A stretch of DNA of 32,000 bases from Methylorubrum extorquens. Its GTDB lineage: Bacteria > Pseudomonadota > Alphaproteobacteria > Rhizobiales > Beijerinckiaceae. The position numbers were made by a program, and so were the translations under genes. Below are positions 1 through 8,512 of this stretch, piece after piece (position 1 is the stretch's first letter; each line of letters opens with the position of its first letter). The DNA lies in assembly GCA_900234795.1 (NCBI GenBank), contig LT962688.1, forward strand, positions 1,470,001 through 1,502,000, in the 5' to 3' direction. Under the pieces are notes generated by a model, which was given only the letters and a program-made list of their open reading frames with translations, was not told where the DNA came from and made no database searches.

Positions 1-125
1 CGCAAAGGGCCTGAGGCCCTTTGGCGGGTTGTCAGGGCAGTGCCCTGACAACGGCGAAGCCGTTTCGCAGGGCTCCGCCCTGCACCCGCGAAAGGACTTG
101 TCCTTTCGAAACCTTCGATGAGGGG
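1..125. repeat. Hairpin-cluster intergenic repeat (REP/MITE-like); left end cut by the window edge
   Basis: Five consecutive stem-loops: aaagggcc-tga-ggcccttt (4-22), gttgtcaggg-cagtg-ccctgacaac (28-52), gcgaa-gccgt-ttcgc (54-68), caggg-ctccg-ccctg (68-82), cgaaagga-cttg-tcctttcg (89-108). Positions 68-113 align 41/46 with 21084-21129, including a compensatory A/T to G/C change in the last stem. Confidence 0.7.
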
Positions 126-126
126 C

Positions 127-318
127 TCAGCCCTTCGTCCGCGGGTCGCCCTTCTTCGCGGGCTTCGAATCCGGCGCCTTCGGCTTCAGGCGCTCCACGA
201 TCTGCTCCAGGGCGCGCTCGACCGCCGCCTGCTCCGGCGGTGCGGCGCCGTCTTGCGGGCGGTTCGTCCGGTTCGAATCGCGGCTCTTCGGCATGACCGC
301 GAGCGTAGACAGGGTCAC
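127..318 (-). CDS. Small basic hypothetical protein (63 aa, or 55 aa from the internal Met)
   Basis: ORF with strongly G/C-ending codons, on the same strand and downstream of the DoxX gene. No family recognised. Confidence 0.45.
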   Translation of the reverse strand: MTLSTLAVMPKSRDSNRTNRPQDGAAPPEQAAVERALEQIVERLKPKAPDSKPAKKGDPRTKG

Positions 319-406
319 GAGCCGAAGACCACCGGTTGAGCCCGCTCGGATACGCTTTCGGTGCCGTTTTCCTCAGCGAAAAGCCTTTTGCTCCGCCGGG
401 TTAATC

Positions 407-829
407 TTAACGAGGTGCTCCAGTATCGCCCGTTCTTCGTGCCGCGAACGGCCAGTCGATGGCGTGGACGGCGTAGAGGGCCCACCACACCATCACCGGC
501 TGAAGCGCGAGGCGGGGGCCGTGATACCACCACGTGTCGAGGATCGGCGGCACGGCGATGCCCTCGACCGCCTGCTTGATGTTGGCCGGGAACACGCAGA
601 CCGCGTAGAGCGCCAGCATGATCCCGGCGGCCCGCCGCAGCCGCGGCACGAACAGCGCCAGCGCACCCGCGATCTCGCACAGGCCTGTGCCGATCACCAC
701 GAGGCGGGGCGCGGGCACCCAACCCGGCATGATCGGCAGGAAGCGCTCGGTCGCCATGAGATGGACGATGCCGATGAAGCCGTAGAGGCCGGCCAGGGCG
801 GTGCGCAGCCAGCGGCGGTCGTCGCGCAT
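407..829 (-). CDS. DoxX-family integral membrane protein
   Basis: 140 aa with about four hydrophobic segments (LYGFIGIVHL, VVIGTGLCEIAGALALFVP, IMLALYAVCVFPANI, VMVWWALYAV), typical of small DoxX-like proteins. The ATG lies 6 nt after the upstream ORF stop. Confidence 0.75.
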   Translation of the reverse strand: MRDDRRWLRTALAGLYGFIGIVHLMATERFLPIMPGWVPAPRLVVIGTGLCEIAGALALFVPRLRRAAGIMLALYAVCVFPANIKQAVEGIAVPPILDTWWYHGPRLALQPVMVWWALYAVHAIDWPFAARRTGDTGAPR

Positions 830-835
830 CTCGGA

Positions 836-1021
836 TTAGGCGGAGCGATCGTCCTCGGAGCCTGTCTTGCTTTCGCCGGAGGGGGAGTTGCCGCGCGCGG
901 CCTCTTCGGCCTCGGTGCCGGCCCGCTCCATCGGTCCCGGTTGCGACTTCAGCTTGCCCGTCGCCGGGTCCTTGGGCGAGACCGCGGCCCCGCTGCTCTG
1001 GTCGCGCTGTTCGTCCGCCAT
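836..1021 (-). CDS. Small acidic, low-complexity hypothetical protein (61 aa from MADEQRDQ)
   Basis: Nearly all codons end in G/C. GAGG lies about 8 nt upstream of the ATG at 1021. The gene sits between rimO and the DoxX gene on the same strand. The ORF track start at 1060 is less likely. Confidence 0.5.
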   Translation of the reverse strand: MADEQRDQSSGAAVSPKDPATGKLKSQPGPMERAGTEAEEAARGNSPSGESKTGSEDDRSA

Positions 1022-1117
1022 GCTCAGCCTCGTCATTCGCGTGGAATCGTGACGGGGCAACGTGCGGCGCGCGGGGCGGTTCGCGTCCCGCCCTCCCCGC
1101 TCCTCCCCCGCCCGGCC

Positions 1118-2464
1118 CTACACCGCGATGCCGTGCAGATCGTAGGCGTCGGCCCGCTCGATCTTCACGGTGACGATGTCGCCGGGCCGTACGGGACGGC
1201 GCGACGTGACGTGGACGCTGCCGTCGATCTCCGGCGCGTCGGCCTTGGAGCGGCCCCGCGCGCCGGTCGGGCCCGCCTCGTCGATGATGACAGACAGGCG
1301 CTTGCCCACCTTCGCCCGTTGCAAGCGCAGCGAGACGTGGCTCTGCGCCTCCATGAAGCGGCGCTTGCGCTCGGCCTTCACCTCCGGCGGCACCAGCAGG
1401 CCGAGGTCGTTGGCGGTGGCGCCGCGGACCGGCTCGTATTCGAAGCAGCCGACACGCTCGAGCCGCGCCTCGCGAATCCAGTCGAGCAGTTCCTCGAACT
1501 CGGCATCGGTCTCGCCGGGGAAGCCGACGATGAAGGTCGAGCGGATGGCGAGATCCGGGCAGATCTCGCGCCAGCGCCGGATGCGGTCCAGCTGCTTCTC
1601 CTGGTTGCCCGGCCGGCGCATGCGCTTGAGCACCGAGGGGCTGGCGTGCTGGAGCGGCATGTCGAGATAGGGAAGGATCTTGCCCTCGGCCATCAGCGGA
1701 ATGACCTCGTCGACATGCGGGTAGGGGTAGACGTAGTGCAGCCGCACCCACGCCCCGAGCTCGCCGAGTTCCTTGGCCAGATCGTAGAACCGGGCGCGCA
1801 CCTCCCGGTCCTGCCACGGGCTCGTGGCGTAGCGGGTGTCGATGCCGTAGGCGGAGGTGTCCTGCGAGACGACCAGCAATTCCTTCACGCCGGCTTTGAC
1901 GAGCTTTTCCGCCTCGCGCAGCACGTCGCCCGCCGGGCGGCTGACGAGATCGCCGCGCAAGCTCGGGATGATGCAGAAGGTGCAGCGGTTGTTGCAGCCC
2001 TCGGAAATCTTCAGATAGGCGTAGTGGCGCGGGGTGAGCTTGACCCCTTGCGGCGGGATCAGGTCGAGGAACGGATCGTGGGCGGGCGGCACCGCCTCAT
2101 GCACCGCGGCGACCACCGACTCGTAGGCCTGAGGGCCGGTGACGGCGAGCAGGTTCGGGTACTTCTCGCGGATCTCTTCCGGCTGCGCACCCATGCAGCC
2201 CGTTACGATCACCCGGCCGTTCTCGGCCATGGCCTCGCCGATCGCGGCAAGCGACTCGGCCTTCGCCGAATCGAGGAAGCCGCAGGTGTTGACGATGACG
2301 ACGTCCGCCCCGTCATGGCGGCGCGACAGCTCGTAGCCCTCGGCCCGCAGATGGGTGAGGATGCGCTCGGAATCGACGAGCGCCTTGGGGCAGCCCAGCG
2401 ACACGAAGGAGATCCGCGGCGCGGCGGCGCCCTTGGTGTCCGAGGGAGAGGCGGTTGCGGTCAT
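1118..2464 (-). CDS. rimO: Ribosomal protein S12 methylthiotransferase RimO (radical SAM, MTTase family)
   Basis: 448 aa. N-terminal MTTase domain ([16 protein letters not shown]), radical-SAM CxxxCxxC (CNNRCTFC), and a C-terminal TRAM-like segment. Confidence 0.95.
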   Translation of the reverse strand: MTATASPSDTKGAAAPRISFVSLGCPKALVDSERILTHLRAEGYELSRRHDGADVVIVNTCGFLDSAKAESLAAIGEAMAENGRVIVTGCMGAQPEEIREKYPNLLAVTGPQAYESVVAAVHEAVPPAHDPFLDLIPPQGVKLTPRHYAYLKISEGCNNRCTFCIIPSLRGDLVSRPAGDVLREAEKLVKAGVKELLVVSQDTSAYGIDTRYATSPWQDREVRARFYDLAKELGELGAWVRLHYVYPYPHVDEVIPLMAEGKILPYLDMPLQHASPSVLKRMRRPGNQEKQLDRIRRWREICPDLAIRSTFIVGFPGETDAEFEELLDWIREARLERVGCFEYEPVRGATANDLGLLVPPEVKAERKRRFMEAQSHVSLRLQRAKVGKRLSVIIDEAGPTGARGRSKADAPEIDGSVHVTSRRPVRPGDIVTVKIERADAYDLHGIAV

Positions 2465-2580
2465 GACGGCCCGTTGGGGCGGCCCTCCGGAACGGAGGCC
2501 CGCGCGTCCTGCATCGAGAGCGGTGGATGCGCCGATATAACGGCATTGGGGCGCTGTTGCGAGCGTGGCCGGTAGGATCG

Positions 2581-2862
2581 TCAGAAGCCCAGTTCGGCGT
2601 GCGAGCCGAGGCGCACCAATTGGAGCGTTTCCGTTCCTGCAAGCCGATAGATCAGCACCAGATCCGGCTTCACGTGGCAGTCGCGATGGTCGGCCCAGTT
2701 GCCGGTCAGGGCGTGGTCACGCAGGCGCGCCGCGAGGGGGCGATCCGCGGCCAACTCGGTCAGCACCGCCGTCAGGTCGGCTTGAAGGCTCGCCCGGTGC
2801 CTGCCCTTCATCTCCCGCTTGTAGTCACGCTTGAACTGCGTGGTTCGCTCAATCGTCCGCAT
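2581..2862 (-). CDS. yafQ: Type II toxin, YafQ/RelE-family mRNA interferase
   Basis: 93 aa. Motifs TQFKRDYK, HxLxGxW..[14 protein letters not shown] and GSHAELF-like C-terminus are typical of YafQ. Overlaps the upstream antitoxin gene by 14 nt. Confidence 0.85.
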   Translation of the reverse strand: MRTIERTTQFKRDYKREMKGRHRASLQADLTAVLTELAADRPLAARLRDHALTGNWADHRDCHVKPDLVLIYRLAGTETLQLVRLGSHAELGF

Positions 2863-3112
2863 CGAGATCGGCCATCAGCGCCTCGACGCTGGTGAAGCCC
2901 GGAAGGTTACCGGACCGCGCCTCGCGGATGGCTGCGATGGTCGTTTCGTTGGGAACCAGAGGCTCGAAGGGAAGCGCCTTCTCTCGCGCGACGCGCACGA
3001 GCATCATGCGAACCGCATCGGAGACGGTCAGCCCCATGGCCTTGAGAACGGCTGTGGCCTCTTCCTTGGTGTCGGCATCGATCCGCGCCTGGATCAGCGA
3101 CTTGGTCGGCAT
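2849..3112 (-). CDS. dinJ: Type II antitoxin, DinJ/RelB family
   Basis: 87 aa. N-terminal ribbon-helix-helix signature (IQARIDADTKEEATAVLKAMGLTVSDAVRMML). AAGGAG lies 5 nt upstream of the ATG. Confidence 0.85.
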   Translation of the reverse strand: MPTKSLIQARIDADTKEEATAVLKAMGLTVSDAVRMMLVRVAREKALPFEPLVPNETTIAAIREARSGNLPGFTSVEALMADLDADD

Positions 3113-3142
3113 GGCGGCTCCTTGAGCTGCCTGACAGTGTCG

Positions 3143-3163
3143 TGCAGCGTGGAACGCGCTGCA
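3143..3163. promoter_or_regulatory. Perfect inverted repeat TGCAGCG-N7-CGCTGCA upstream of dinJ (candidate TA operator)
   Basis: 7-bp arms with a 7-nt spacer, 31-51 nt upstream of the dinJ start codon. Type II TA operons are normally autorepressed at palindromes in this position. Confidence 0.35.
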
Positions 3164-3386
3164 AGCGCGTCCGGTGCGACTCTACGAGGCGAGGCCATGG
3201 TGGCCCCTCTCAGCTTTTTCTCTCTTTGCGGCGTTGAGAGCCAAAAGATATTATTTCACAGAGGCTTTGTACAGGATCCTCATACAGCACTTCATCTTCG
3301 GGCTGAGCGGCTGCATACCCCGCCCGCGAGACCGGAACGCGGGGGCGATTGACGGGAGGGTGCCGCGCGCCCTTGGGTGAATCCCA

Positions 3387-4805
3387 ATGAGCGCCGCACG
3401 AGGCATGACGGCCGAGCCCATGGTCTGGACCCGCGAGATTCCCTTCATCGACCCGGTCGCGGCCGCGGCGCGGCTCGCCCGGTTGCCCGGCCTCGCCTTC
3501 CTCGACAGCGCCATGCGGCACGATACGCTCGGCCGCGTCTCGGTGCTGGCCGCCGGCCCGTTCGCGCGGTTCCGCTACCGCGACGGTCGTGCGACCCTGG
3601 ACGGGTGCGCGGTGCCCGGCTCGCCTATTGCGGCGTTGCGGGCCTGCCTCGCGCCCTACCGTCTGGCGCCCCGGCCCGACCTGCCGGCCATCCCGGGAGC
3701 GATCGGCTATTTCGCCTACGATCTCGGCGCGAGCCTGGAGCGGGTCGCGGCCCCGGCGCGCCGGGCGGGGCTTACCGATGACATCGCCTTCAACCTCTAC
3801 GACACCCTGCTCGCCGTTGATCACGGCCGCGGCACCTGCCTGCTGATCGCCACCGGCTTTCCCGAAGCCGATGGACCGGCCCGCGCGGCACGGGCGCAGG
3901 CGCGGCTCGATGCCTTCGCCGATTGGCTCGCCGCCCCGTCCGAGCCGCTGCCGAAATGGACGGGCGCCCGCCTCACATGGCGCTCGAATTTTTCGCGACA
4001 AACCTATGAAGCGGCTGTCGAAAAGGTCCGGGACTATATCCGCGCCGGCGACATCTATCAGGCCAACATCGCCCAGCGCTTCGCCGCCGACCTGCCGCCC
4101 GGCTTCGACCCGTTCGCCTTCTACCGGAGGCTTCGCGAGACCAACCCGGCGACCTTCGGCGCCTATCTCGATTTCGAAGGGCTTACCGTCGCCTCCTCCT
4201 CGCCCGAGCGCTTCCTCAAGTTGGAGGGGCGGGCGGTCGAGACGCGGCCGATCAAGGGCACCGTGGCCCGCGATCCCGATCCCGCCCGCGATGCCGAGAT
4301 CGCCGCCGCGCTCCAGGCCAATCCGAAGGAGCGGGCCGAGAACATCATGATCGTGGACCTGCTGCGCAACGACCTGTCGCGGGTGTGCGAGCCGGGCAGC
4401 GTGCGGGTGCCGACCCTGTGCGGGCTGGAATCCTATGCCGGCATCCACCATCTCGTCTCGGTGGTGACGGGCACGCTCCGCGAGGGTTCGGATGCCCTCG
4501 ACCTCATCCAGAAAACCTTTCCCGGGGGCTCGATCACCGGCGCGCCGAAGCTCAGGGCCATGGACATCATCACCGAGATCGAGACGGATGCGCGCGAGCT
4601 CTATTGCGGGGCGATCGGCGCGCTCGGCTTTGACGGATCGCTCGATACCTCGATCGCGATCCGCACCGTGTTCATGGCGAAGGGACAGGCCGTGCTCCAG
4701 GCGGGCGGGGGCGTGACGCTGCTCTCCGAGCCCGGCCCCGAATACGAGGAGACGCTGACCAAGGCGGCCCGCGTCTTCGCGGCCTTCGAGGAGGAGGCGC
4801 CATGA
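3387..4805 (+). CDS. pabB: Aminodeoxychorismate synthase component I (chorismate-binding enzyme)
   Basis: 472 aa. Chorismate-utilising C-terminal domain (SSSPERFL, PGGSITGAPK, YCGAIG). Followed by glutamine amidotransferase and class IV aminotransferase genes. Confidence 0.9.
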   Translation: MSAARGMTAEPMVWTREIPFIDPVAAAARLARLPGLAFLDSAMRHDTLGRVSVLAAGPFARFRYRDGRATLDGCAVPGSPIAALRACLAPYRLAPRPDLPAIPGAIGYFAYDLGASLERVAAPARRAGLTDDIAFNLYDTLLAVDHGRGTCLLIATGFPEADGPARAARAQARLDAFADWLAAPSEPLPKWTGARLTWRSNFSRQTYEAAVEKVRDYIRAGDIYQANIAQRFAADLPPGFDPFAFYRRLRETNPATFGAYLDFEGLTVASSSPERFLKLEGRAVETRPIKGTVARDPDPARDAEIAAALQANPKERAENIMIVDLLRNDLSRVCEPGSVRVPTLCGLESYAGIHHLVSVVTGTLREGSDALDLIQKTFPGGSITGAPKLRAMDIITEIETDARELYCGAIGALGFDGSLDTSIAIRTVFMAKGQAVLQAGGGVTLLSEPGPEYEETLTKAARVFAAFEEEAP

Positions 4806-5431
4806 TCCTCGTCGTCGACAACTACGATTCCTTCGTCTTCAACGTGGTGCGCTACTTCGAGGAGTTGGGCGAGACCGTCGAGGTCGTGCGCAACGACGCG
4901 CTCGATGTGGCCGGCATCCGCGCGCGGAACCCGGAGGCGGTGGTGATCTCGCCCGGCCCCTGCACCCCGGCGGAGGCTGGCGTGAGCCTGCCGGCCATCC
5001 GCGAATTGTCCGGCGAGATGCCGATCCTCGGCGTCTGCCTCGGGCATCAGGCGATCGGTGCGGCCTTTGGCGGTCGGGTCGAGCGGGCAGGCCGCCCGCT
5101 CCACGGCCACGCCACGCCGATTCGGCACGGGGGCGAGCGGCTGTTCGCAGGGCTGCCGCAGCCGATGCAGGTCGGGCGCTACCACTCGCTGATCGTGGCG
5201 CCGACGCCGGAGATGGAGCGCCACCTCACGGTCGATGCTGCCTCCGGGGAGGGGGAGGTGATGGCGCTGTCGCACCGCAGCCACCCGACCTGGGGCATCC
5301 AGTTCCACCCGGAATCGGTGCTGACCGAGAACGGCCACGCGCTGTTCTCCAACTTCCTGAAGGAGGCCCGTGCGTGGCGGGCGGCGGGCGCGTCGGAGCG
5401 GACGGACAGGCTCGCCGATGCTGTGGTCTAA
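4802..5431 (+). CDS. pabA: Aminodeoxychorismate/anthranilate synthase component II (class I glutamine amidotransferase)
   Basis: 209 aa. MILVVDNYDSF, GVCLGHQ (catalytic Cys), QFHPES. ATGA overlap with the pabB stop. Confidence 0.9.
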   Translation: MILVVDNYDSFVFNVVRYFEELGETVEVVRNDALDVAGIRARNPEAVVISPGPCTPAEAGVSLPAIRELSGEMPILGVCLGHQAIGAAFGGRVERAGRPLHGHATPIRHGGERLFAGLPQPMQVGRYHSLIVAPTPEMERHLTVDAASGEGEVMALSHRSHPTWGIQFHPESVLTENGHALFSNFLKEARAWRAAGASERTDRLADAVV

Positions 5432-6275
5432 CGGGCGGCTGGTCGAGGGCGGCACCCTCCCCTTCGCCATGGGGGACCGTGGCCTGCTGCTCGGCGACGG
5501 CGTGTTCGACACCGCCCTGGCGATTCAGGGGCAGGTCGCGTTCGAAGCCGCCCATGTCGCCCGCCTCGCCGCCGCCGCGGAAGCGCTCGGCTTCGCGATC
5601 GCGCGGGAGCGGATCGTCGAGGCGATGCGCGGGCTGGCCAGCACCGCGCCGCTCGCGGCGATCCGCACCACGTTGACCCGCGGCCCCGGTCCGCGCGGGC
5701 TGGCGCCCCCGCCCGAGCCGAACCCGTTCCTGTTCGGCAGCGCCGCCCCGGCCCGCGCCGCCCTGTTCTTCGCGCCCTTGCGGCTCGCGCTCACGCAGAT
5801 CGCCCGCAACGAGACCTCGCCGGCCGCGCGCCTCAAGACCCTCGGCTATCTCGATGCGGTGCTCGCCATCCGCACGGCGCAGGCGCAAGGCTTCGATGAA
5901 GCTCTGTTCCTGAACACGCGGGGCCGCGTCGCCTGCGCCGGCACCGGCAATGTTTTTGCGGTTCTCGGGGGGACGCTCGTCACGCCGCCGCTGGAAGATG
6001 GGGTCCTGCCGGGCATCGTTCGGGCCGAGCTTGTTGCCAGGATCGCGCCGAGCCTCGGCATCGCGGTCGAAGAGCGCCCTCTCCTGCCCTCGGATCTGGC
6101 GGCGGCGGAGGCGCTGTTCGTCACCAACTCGCTGCGCCTGCTCGCCCCCGTGACCGCGCTCGGTGCGCAGCCCTATGACAGCGCCGGGCACGGGACGGTT
6201 CGCAGCCTCTACGCGGCTTTGCGGGAAACCGTGGCGGCGGAGTGCGGCGTCGAGGTGGACGCCCTCGACCCGTGA
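5418..6275 (+). CDS. pabC: Aminodeoxychorismate lyase (class IV aminotransferase fold)
   Basis: Start chosen at the internal ATG (MLWSNGRL), which overlaps the pabA end by 14 nt. Contains GDGVFDT, the ARLKTLGYLD lysine and the NVFAV..G.L.TPP motif. Confidence 0.82.
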   Translation: MLWSNGRLVEGGTLPFAMGDRGLLLGDGVFDTALAIQGQVAFEAAHVARLAAAAEALGFAIARERIVEAMRGLASTAPLAAIRTTLTRGPGPRGLAPPPEPNPFLFGSAAPARAALFFAPLRLALTQIARNETSPAARLKTLGYLDAVLAIRTAQAQGFDEALFLNTRGRVACAGTGNVFAVLGGTLVTPPLEDGVLPGIVRAELVARIAPSLGIAVEERPLLPSDLAAAEALFVTNSLRLLAPVTALGAQPYDSAGHGTVRSLYAALRETVAAECGVEVDALDP

Positions 6276-6312
6276 GCCCTCGTCCCTGAAGCTACGGTCG
6301 TCCAGGCCCTTC

Positions 6313-6423
6313 CCTCATCCTGAGGTGCCCGCGCCAGCGGGCCTCGAAGGATCCTCCAACTCGCGCGCGGTGCCTGGAGGATCCTTCGAGGGCGACGCTT
6401 CGCGCCGCCACCTCAGGATGAGG
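6313..6423. repeat. Nested inverted-repeat intergenic element between convergent pabC and pncA
   Basis: Outer 15-bp arms cctcatcctgaggtg (6313-6327) and cacctcaggatgagg (6409-6423). Inner 16-bp arms ctcgaaggatcctcca (6343-6358) and tggaggatccttcgag (6375-6390). Confidence 0.8.
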
Positions 6424-6444
6424 ACGCGGGTGCGATAAAAGCCG

Positions 6445-7071
6445 TCAGCCGAGCGCCGTGCTGGCGATGCGCCCGACCCCTGCCCGCTCCATCTCGTTCC
6501 AGGCCCGCGCCAGCGAGCCGTCGAGATCGATGCCGCGCACGGCATCCTCGATCACGAAGGCCTCGAACCCGGCGGCGCGGGCATCCAGCGCGGTCCAGAG
6601 CACGCAGAAATCGGTGGCGAGGCCGGCGAGGAACAGGCGGGTCAGGCCGCGCTCGGCGAGGTAGCCGGCCAACCCGGTGCGAGTCCGCCGGTCGGCTTCC
6701 ATGAAGGCCGAGTAGCTGTCGATGCCGGGGTGAGTGCCCTTGCGGATCACCAGTTCGGCCCGCTCCGTCCTGAGGCCCGCGGCCAGCTCGGCGCCGTGGG
6801 TGCCTTGCACGCAGTGCTCCGGCCAGAGCACCTGTTCGCCGTAGGGCAGGTCCGTGGTGTCGAAGGGTGCCTTGCCCGGATGGCTGCCGTGGAACGAGGC
6901 ATGGCCGGGCGGGTGCCAGTCCTGGGTGAGGATGACGTGAGGAACGCACGCGGCCAACCGGTTGACCGGGGCGATGACGGCGTCGCCGTCGGGCACGGCG
7001 AGCGCCCCGCCGGGCAGAAAATCGTTCTGCACATCAATGACGAGCAGAACGTCGGTGTTTGTGAGCATCAT
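6445..7071 (-). CDS. pncA: Nicotinamidase/pyrazinamidase (isochorismatase family)
   Basis: 208 aa. LLVIDVQNDF, QDWHP, ATDFCV (catalytic Cys). Confidence 0.9.
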   Translation of the reverse strand: MMLTNTDVLLVIDVQNDFLPGGALAVPDGDAVIAPVNRLAACVPHVILTQDWHPPGHASFHGSHPGKAPFDTTDLPYGEQVLWPEHCVQGTHGAELAAGLRTERAELVIRKGTHPGIDSYSAFMEADRRTRTGLAGYLAERGLTRLFLAGLATDFCVLWTALDARAAGFEAFVIEDAVRGIDLDGSLARAWNEMERAGVGRIASTALG

Positions 7072-7080
7072 AGGGAAGTC

Positions 7081-7140
7081 CGAGGGTTCCGAGGGACAAG
7101 TCCCTCGGCGGGTCCGGGCAGAGCCCGGAATCCCTTCGTC
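7081..7140. repeat. Short copy of the hairpin-cluster repeat family
   Basis: ccgaggga-caag-tccctcgg (7089-7108), followed by ggcgg, then tccgggc-aga-gcccgga (7113-7129) and aatcccttc. The order is the same as in 21029-21080: hairpin, ggcgg, hairpin, atcccttc. Confidence 0.55.
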
Positions 7141-7154
7141 CTAGGATACGCGGA

Positions 7155-8126
7155 TCACGGCGTCATCACCGTCGTCCCAGTCGTCTGCCGCCCCGCGAGA
7201 TCGCGATGAACCTGCGCCGCGTCGGCGAGCTTGGCGCGGGCGTGGATCGGGATTTTCACCGCGCCGCTTGCCACCACCTCGAACAGCTCGGCGGCGTTGG
7301 CGTCGAGGCTTTCGCGGGTGGCGATGTGGGTGAAGAGCGTCGGGCGGGTGGCGTAGAGCGAGCCCTTGGCGGCGAGGATGCCGATGTCGAAGGCCTCGAT
7401 CGCCCCGGACGACGAACCGAAGCTCGCGAAGATGCCGAAGGGGGAAAGGCAGTCGAGCGAGGCGGGGAAGGTCGCCTTGCCGACGCCGTCATAGACCACC
7501 GGCACGCCCTTGCCCCCGGTGATCTCTTTTACGCGGGCGGCGAAATCCTCGTCGCGGTAGAGGATGACGTGGTCGCAGCCGTGTTCGCGCGCCAGCTCCG
7601 CCTTCTCGGCCGAGCCGACGGTGCCGATCACGGTGGCGCCGAGATGCTTGGCCCATTGCGTGGCGATGAGCCCGACGCCGCCGGCGGCGGCGTGGAACAG
7701 GATCGTGTCGCCGGGCTGCACCCGGTAGGTCCGCCGCAGCAGGTATTGCGCGGTGAGGCCTTTCAGCATCATCGCCGCGGCGGTCTCGTCGGAAATCGAA
7801 TCCGGCACGTGGACGACGCCCTTCGTGTCCACGGTCACTTCCTCGGCATAGGTGCCGGTGGCGCCGGCATAGGCGACGCGCTCGCCGACGCGGAAATCGG
7901 TGACGCCCTCGCCCAGGGCATCGACCACGCCCGCGCCCTCCTTGCCGAGGGTGAAGGGGAGCGAGGGCGCCTTGTAGGCGCCGGAGCGGAAGTAGATGTC
8001 GATGAAGTTGACGCCGACGGCGGTCTGGCGGACGCGGATCTGGCCCGGCCCCGGCTCGGGCGAGGGCACGTCCTCGTAGACCATCGCCTCCGGCCCACCA
8101 TAGGCGTGTACCCGGATCGCTTTCAT
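7155..8126 (-). CDS. qor: NADPH:quinone oxidoreductase (zeta-crystallin-like MDR)
   Basis: 323 aa. MKAIRVHAYGGPE, GVNFIDIYFRSG, nucleotide-binding AAGGVG. Confidence 0.9.
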   Translation of the reverse strand: MKAIRVHAYGGPEAMVYEDVPSPEPGPGQIRVRQTAVGVNFIDIYFRSGAYKAPSLPFTLGKEGAGVVDALGEGVTDFRVGERVAYAGATGTYAEEVTVDTKGVVHVPDSISDETAAAMMLKGLTAQYLLRRTYRVQPGDTILFHAAAGGVGLIATQWAKHLGATVIGTVGSAEKAELAREHGCDHVILYRDEDFAARVKEITGGKGVPVVYDGVGKATFPASLDCLSPFGIFASFGSSSGAIEAFDIGILAAKGSLYATRPTLFTHIATRESLDANAAELFEVVASGAVKIPIHARAKLADAAQVHRDLAGRQTTGTTVMTP

Positions 8127-8233
8127 CGCCGTCTCCCGCGTTCCCGTCTCGAACTACGGTCGAGATATCGGTCCGGCGGAGCCAGACAAGTGCCCCAAGG
8201 GGTTCCGAGCGGCTTATGCCCGAAGGACACCGA

Positions 8234-8272
8234 CCAATTGGGCGCAAGCCAAGTGGGAACAGGCCAAATGGG
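8234..8272. repeat. Three phased direct repeats CCAANTGGG with a 15-bp period
   Basis: ccaattggg (8234), ccaagtggg (8249), ccaaatggg (8264). They lie between the stop of the 75-aa gene and the qor promoter region. Confidence 0.6.
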
Positions 8273-8284
8273 CGGGTTCGCCCG

Positions 8285-8512
8285 TCACTCCTCCCGGACC
8301 GCGACCTGCATGCCCATGCCCGCGAGGCAGCGCTCGATGCGCTGCGTGAGGTCGGGCGTCAGTTCGCGCACGTGGACGTGCAGGGTGGCGGTATCCTCCG
8401 GGCTCACGATGACCCGATAGCGCAGGCCCTCATCCTCCATCTGGCGCAGCAGGTTGGTGCTTGCCGTGGTCATCGCCGCGATGTGCTGCGCGACCAGGTC
8501 GGGCCTCATCAT
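8285..8512 (-). CDS. Hypothetical protein, 75 aa
   Basis: High GC3. ATGA overlap with the upstream 67-aa ORF. A hairpin gggcg-aacc-cgccc follows the stop. No family recognised. Confidence 0.55.
   Translation of the reverse strand: MMRPDLVAQHIAAMTTASTNLLRQMEDEGLRYRVIVSPEDTATLHVHVRELTPDLTQRIERCLAGMGMQVAVREE

Noticed and set aside
293-2575. 760-aa ORF on the plus strand (and 315..1817 minus, 500 aa) overlapping rimO and the DoxX gene
   Set aside because: It is antisense or out of frame relative to genes with clear family signatures. The translation is Arg/Ala/Gly/Pro-rich low complexity, as expected from stop-codon depletion in ~70% GC DNA.
3151-3176. GGAAC-N16-CGGT, which resembles the EcfG general-stress promoter GGAAC-N16/17-CGTT
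   Set aside because: It has a mismatch in the -10 element, lies about 230 nt from pabB, and overlaps the dinJ dyad. It is probably coincidental.
3174-3380. 68-aa ORF in the AT-richer spacer upstream of pabB
   Set aside because: Its composition and codon usage are atypical of this genome, and there is no Shine-Dalgarno sequence or motif. It is more likely promoter or insertion-flank DNA.
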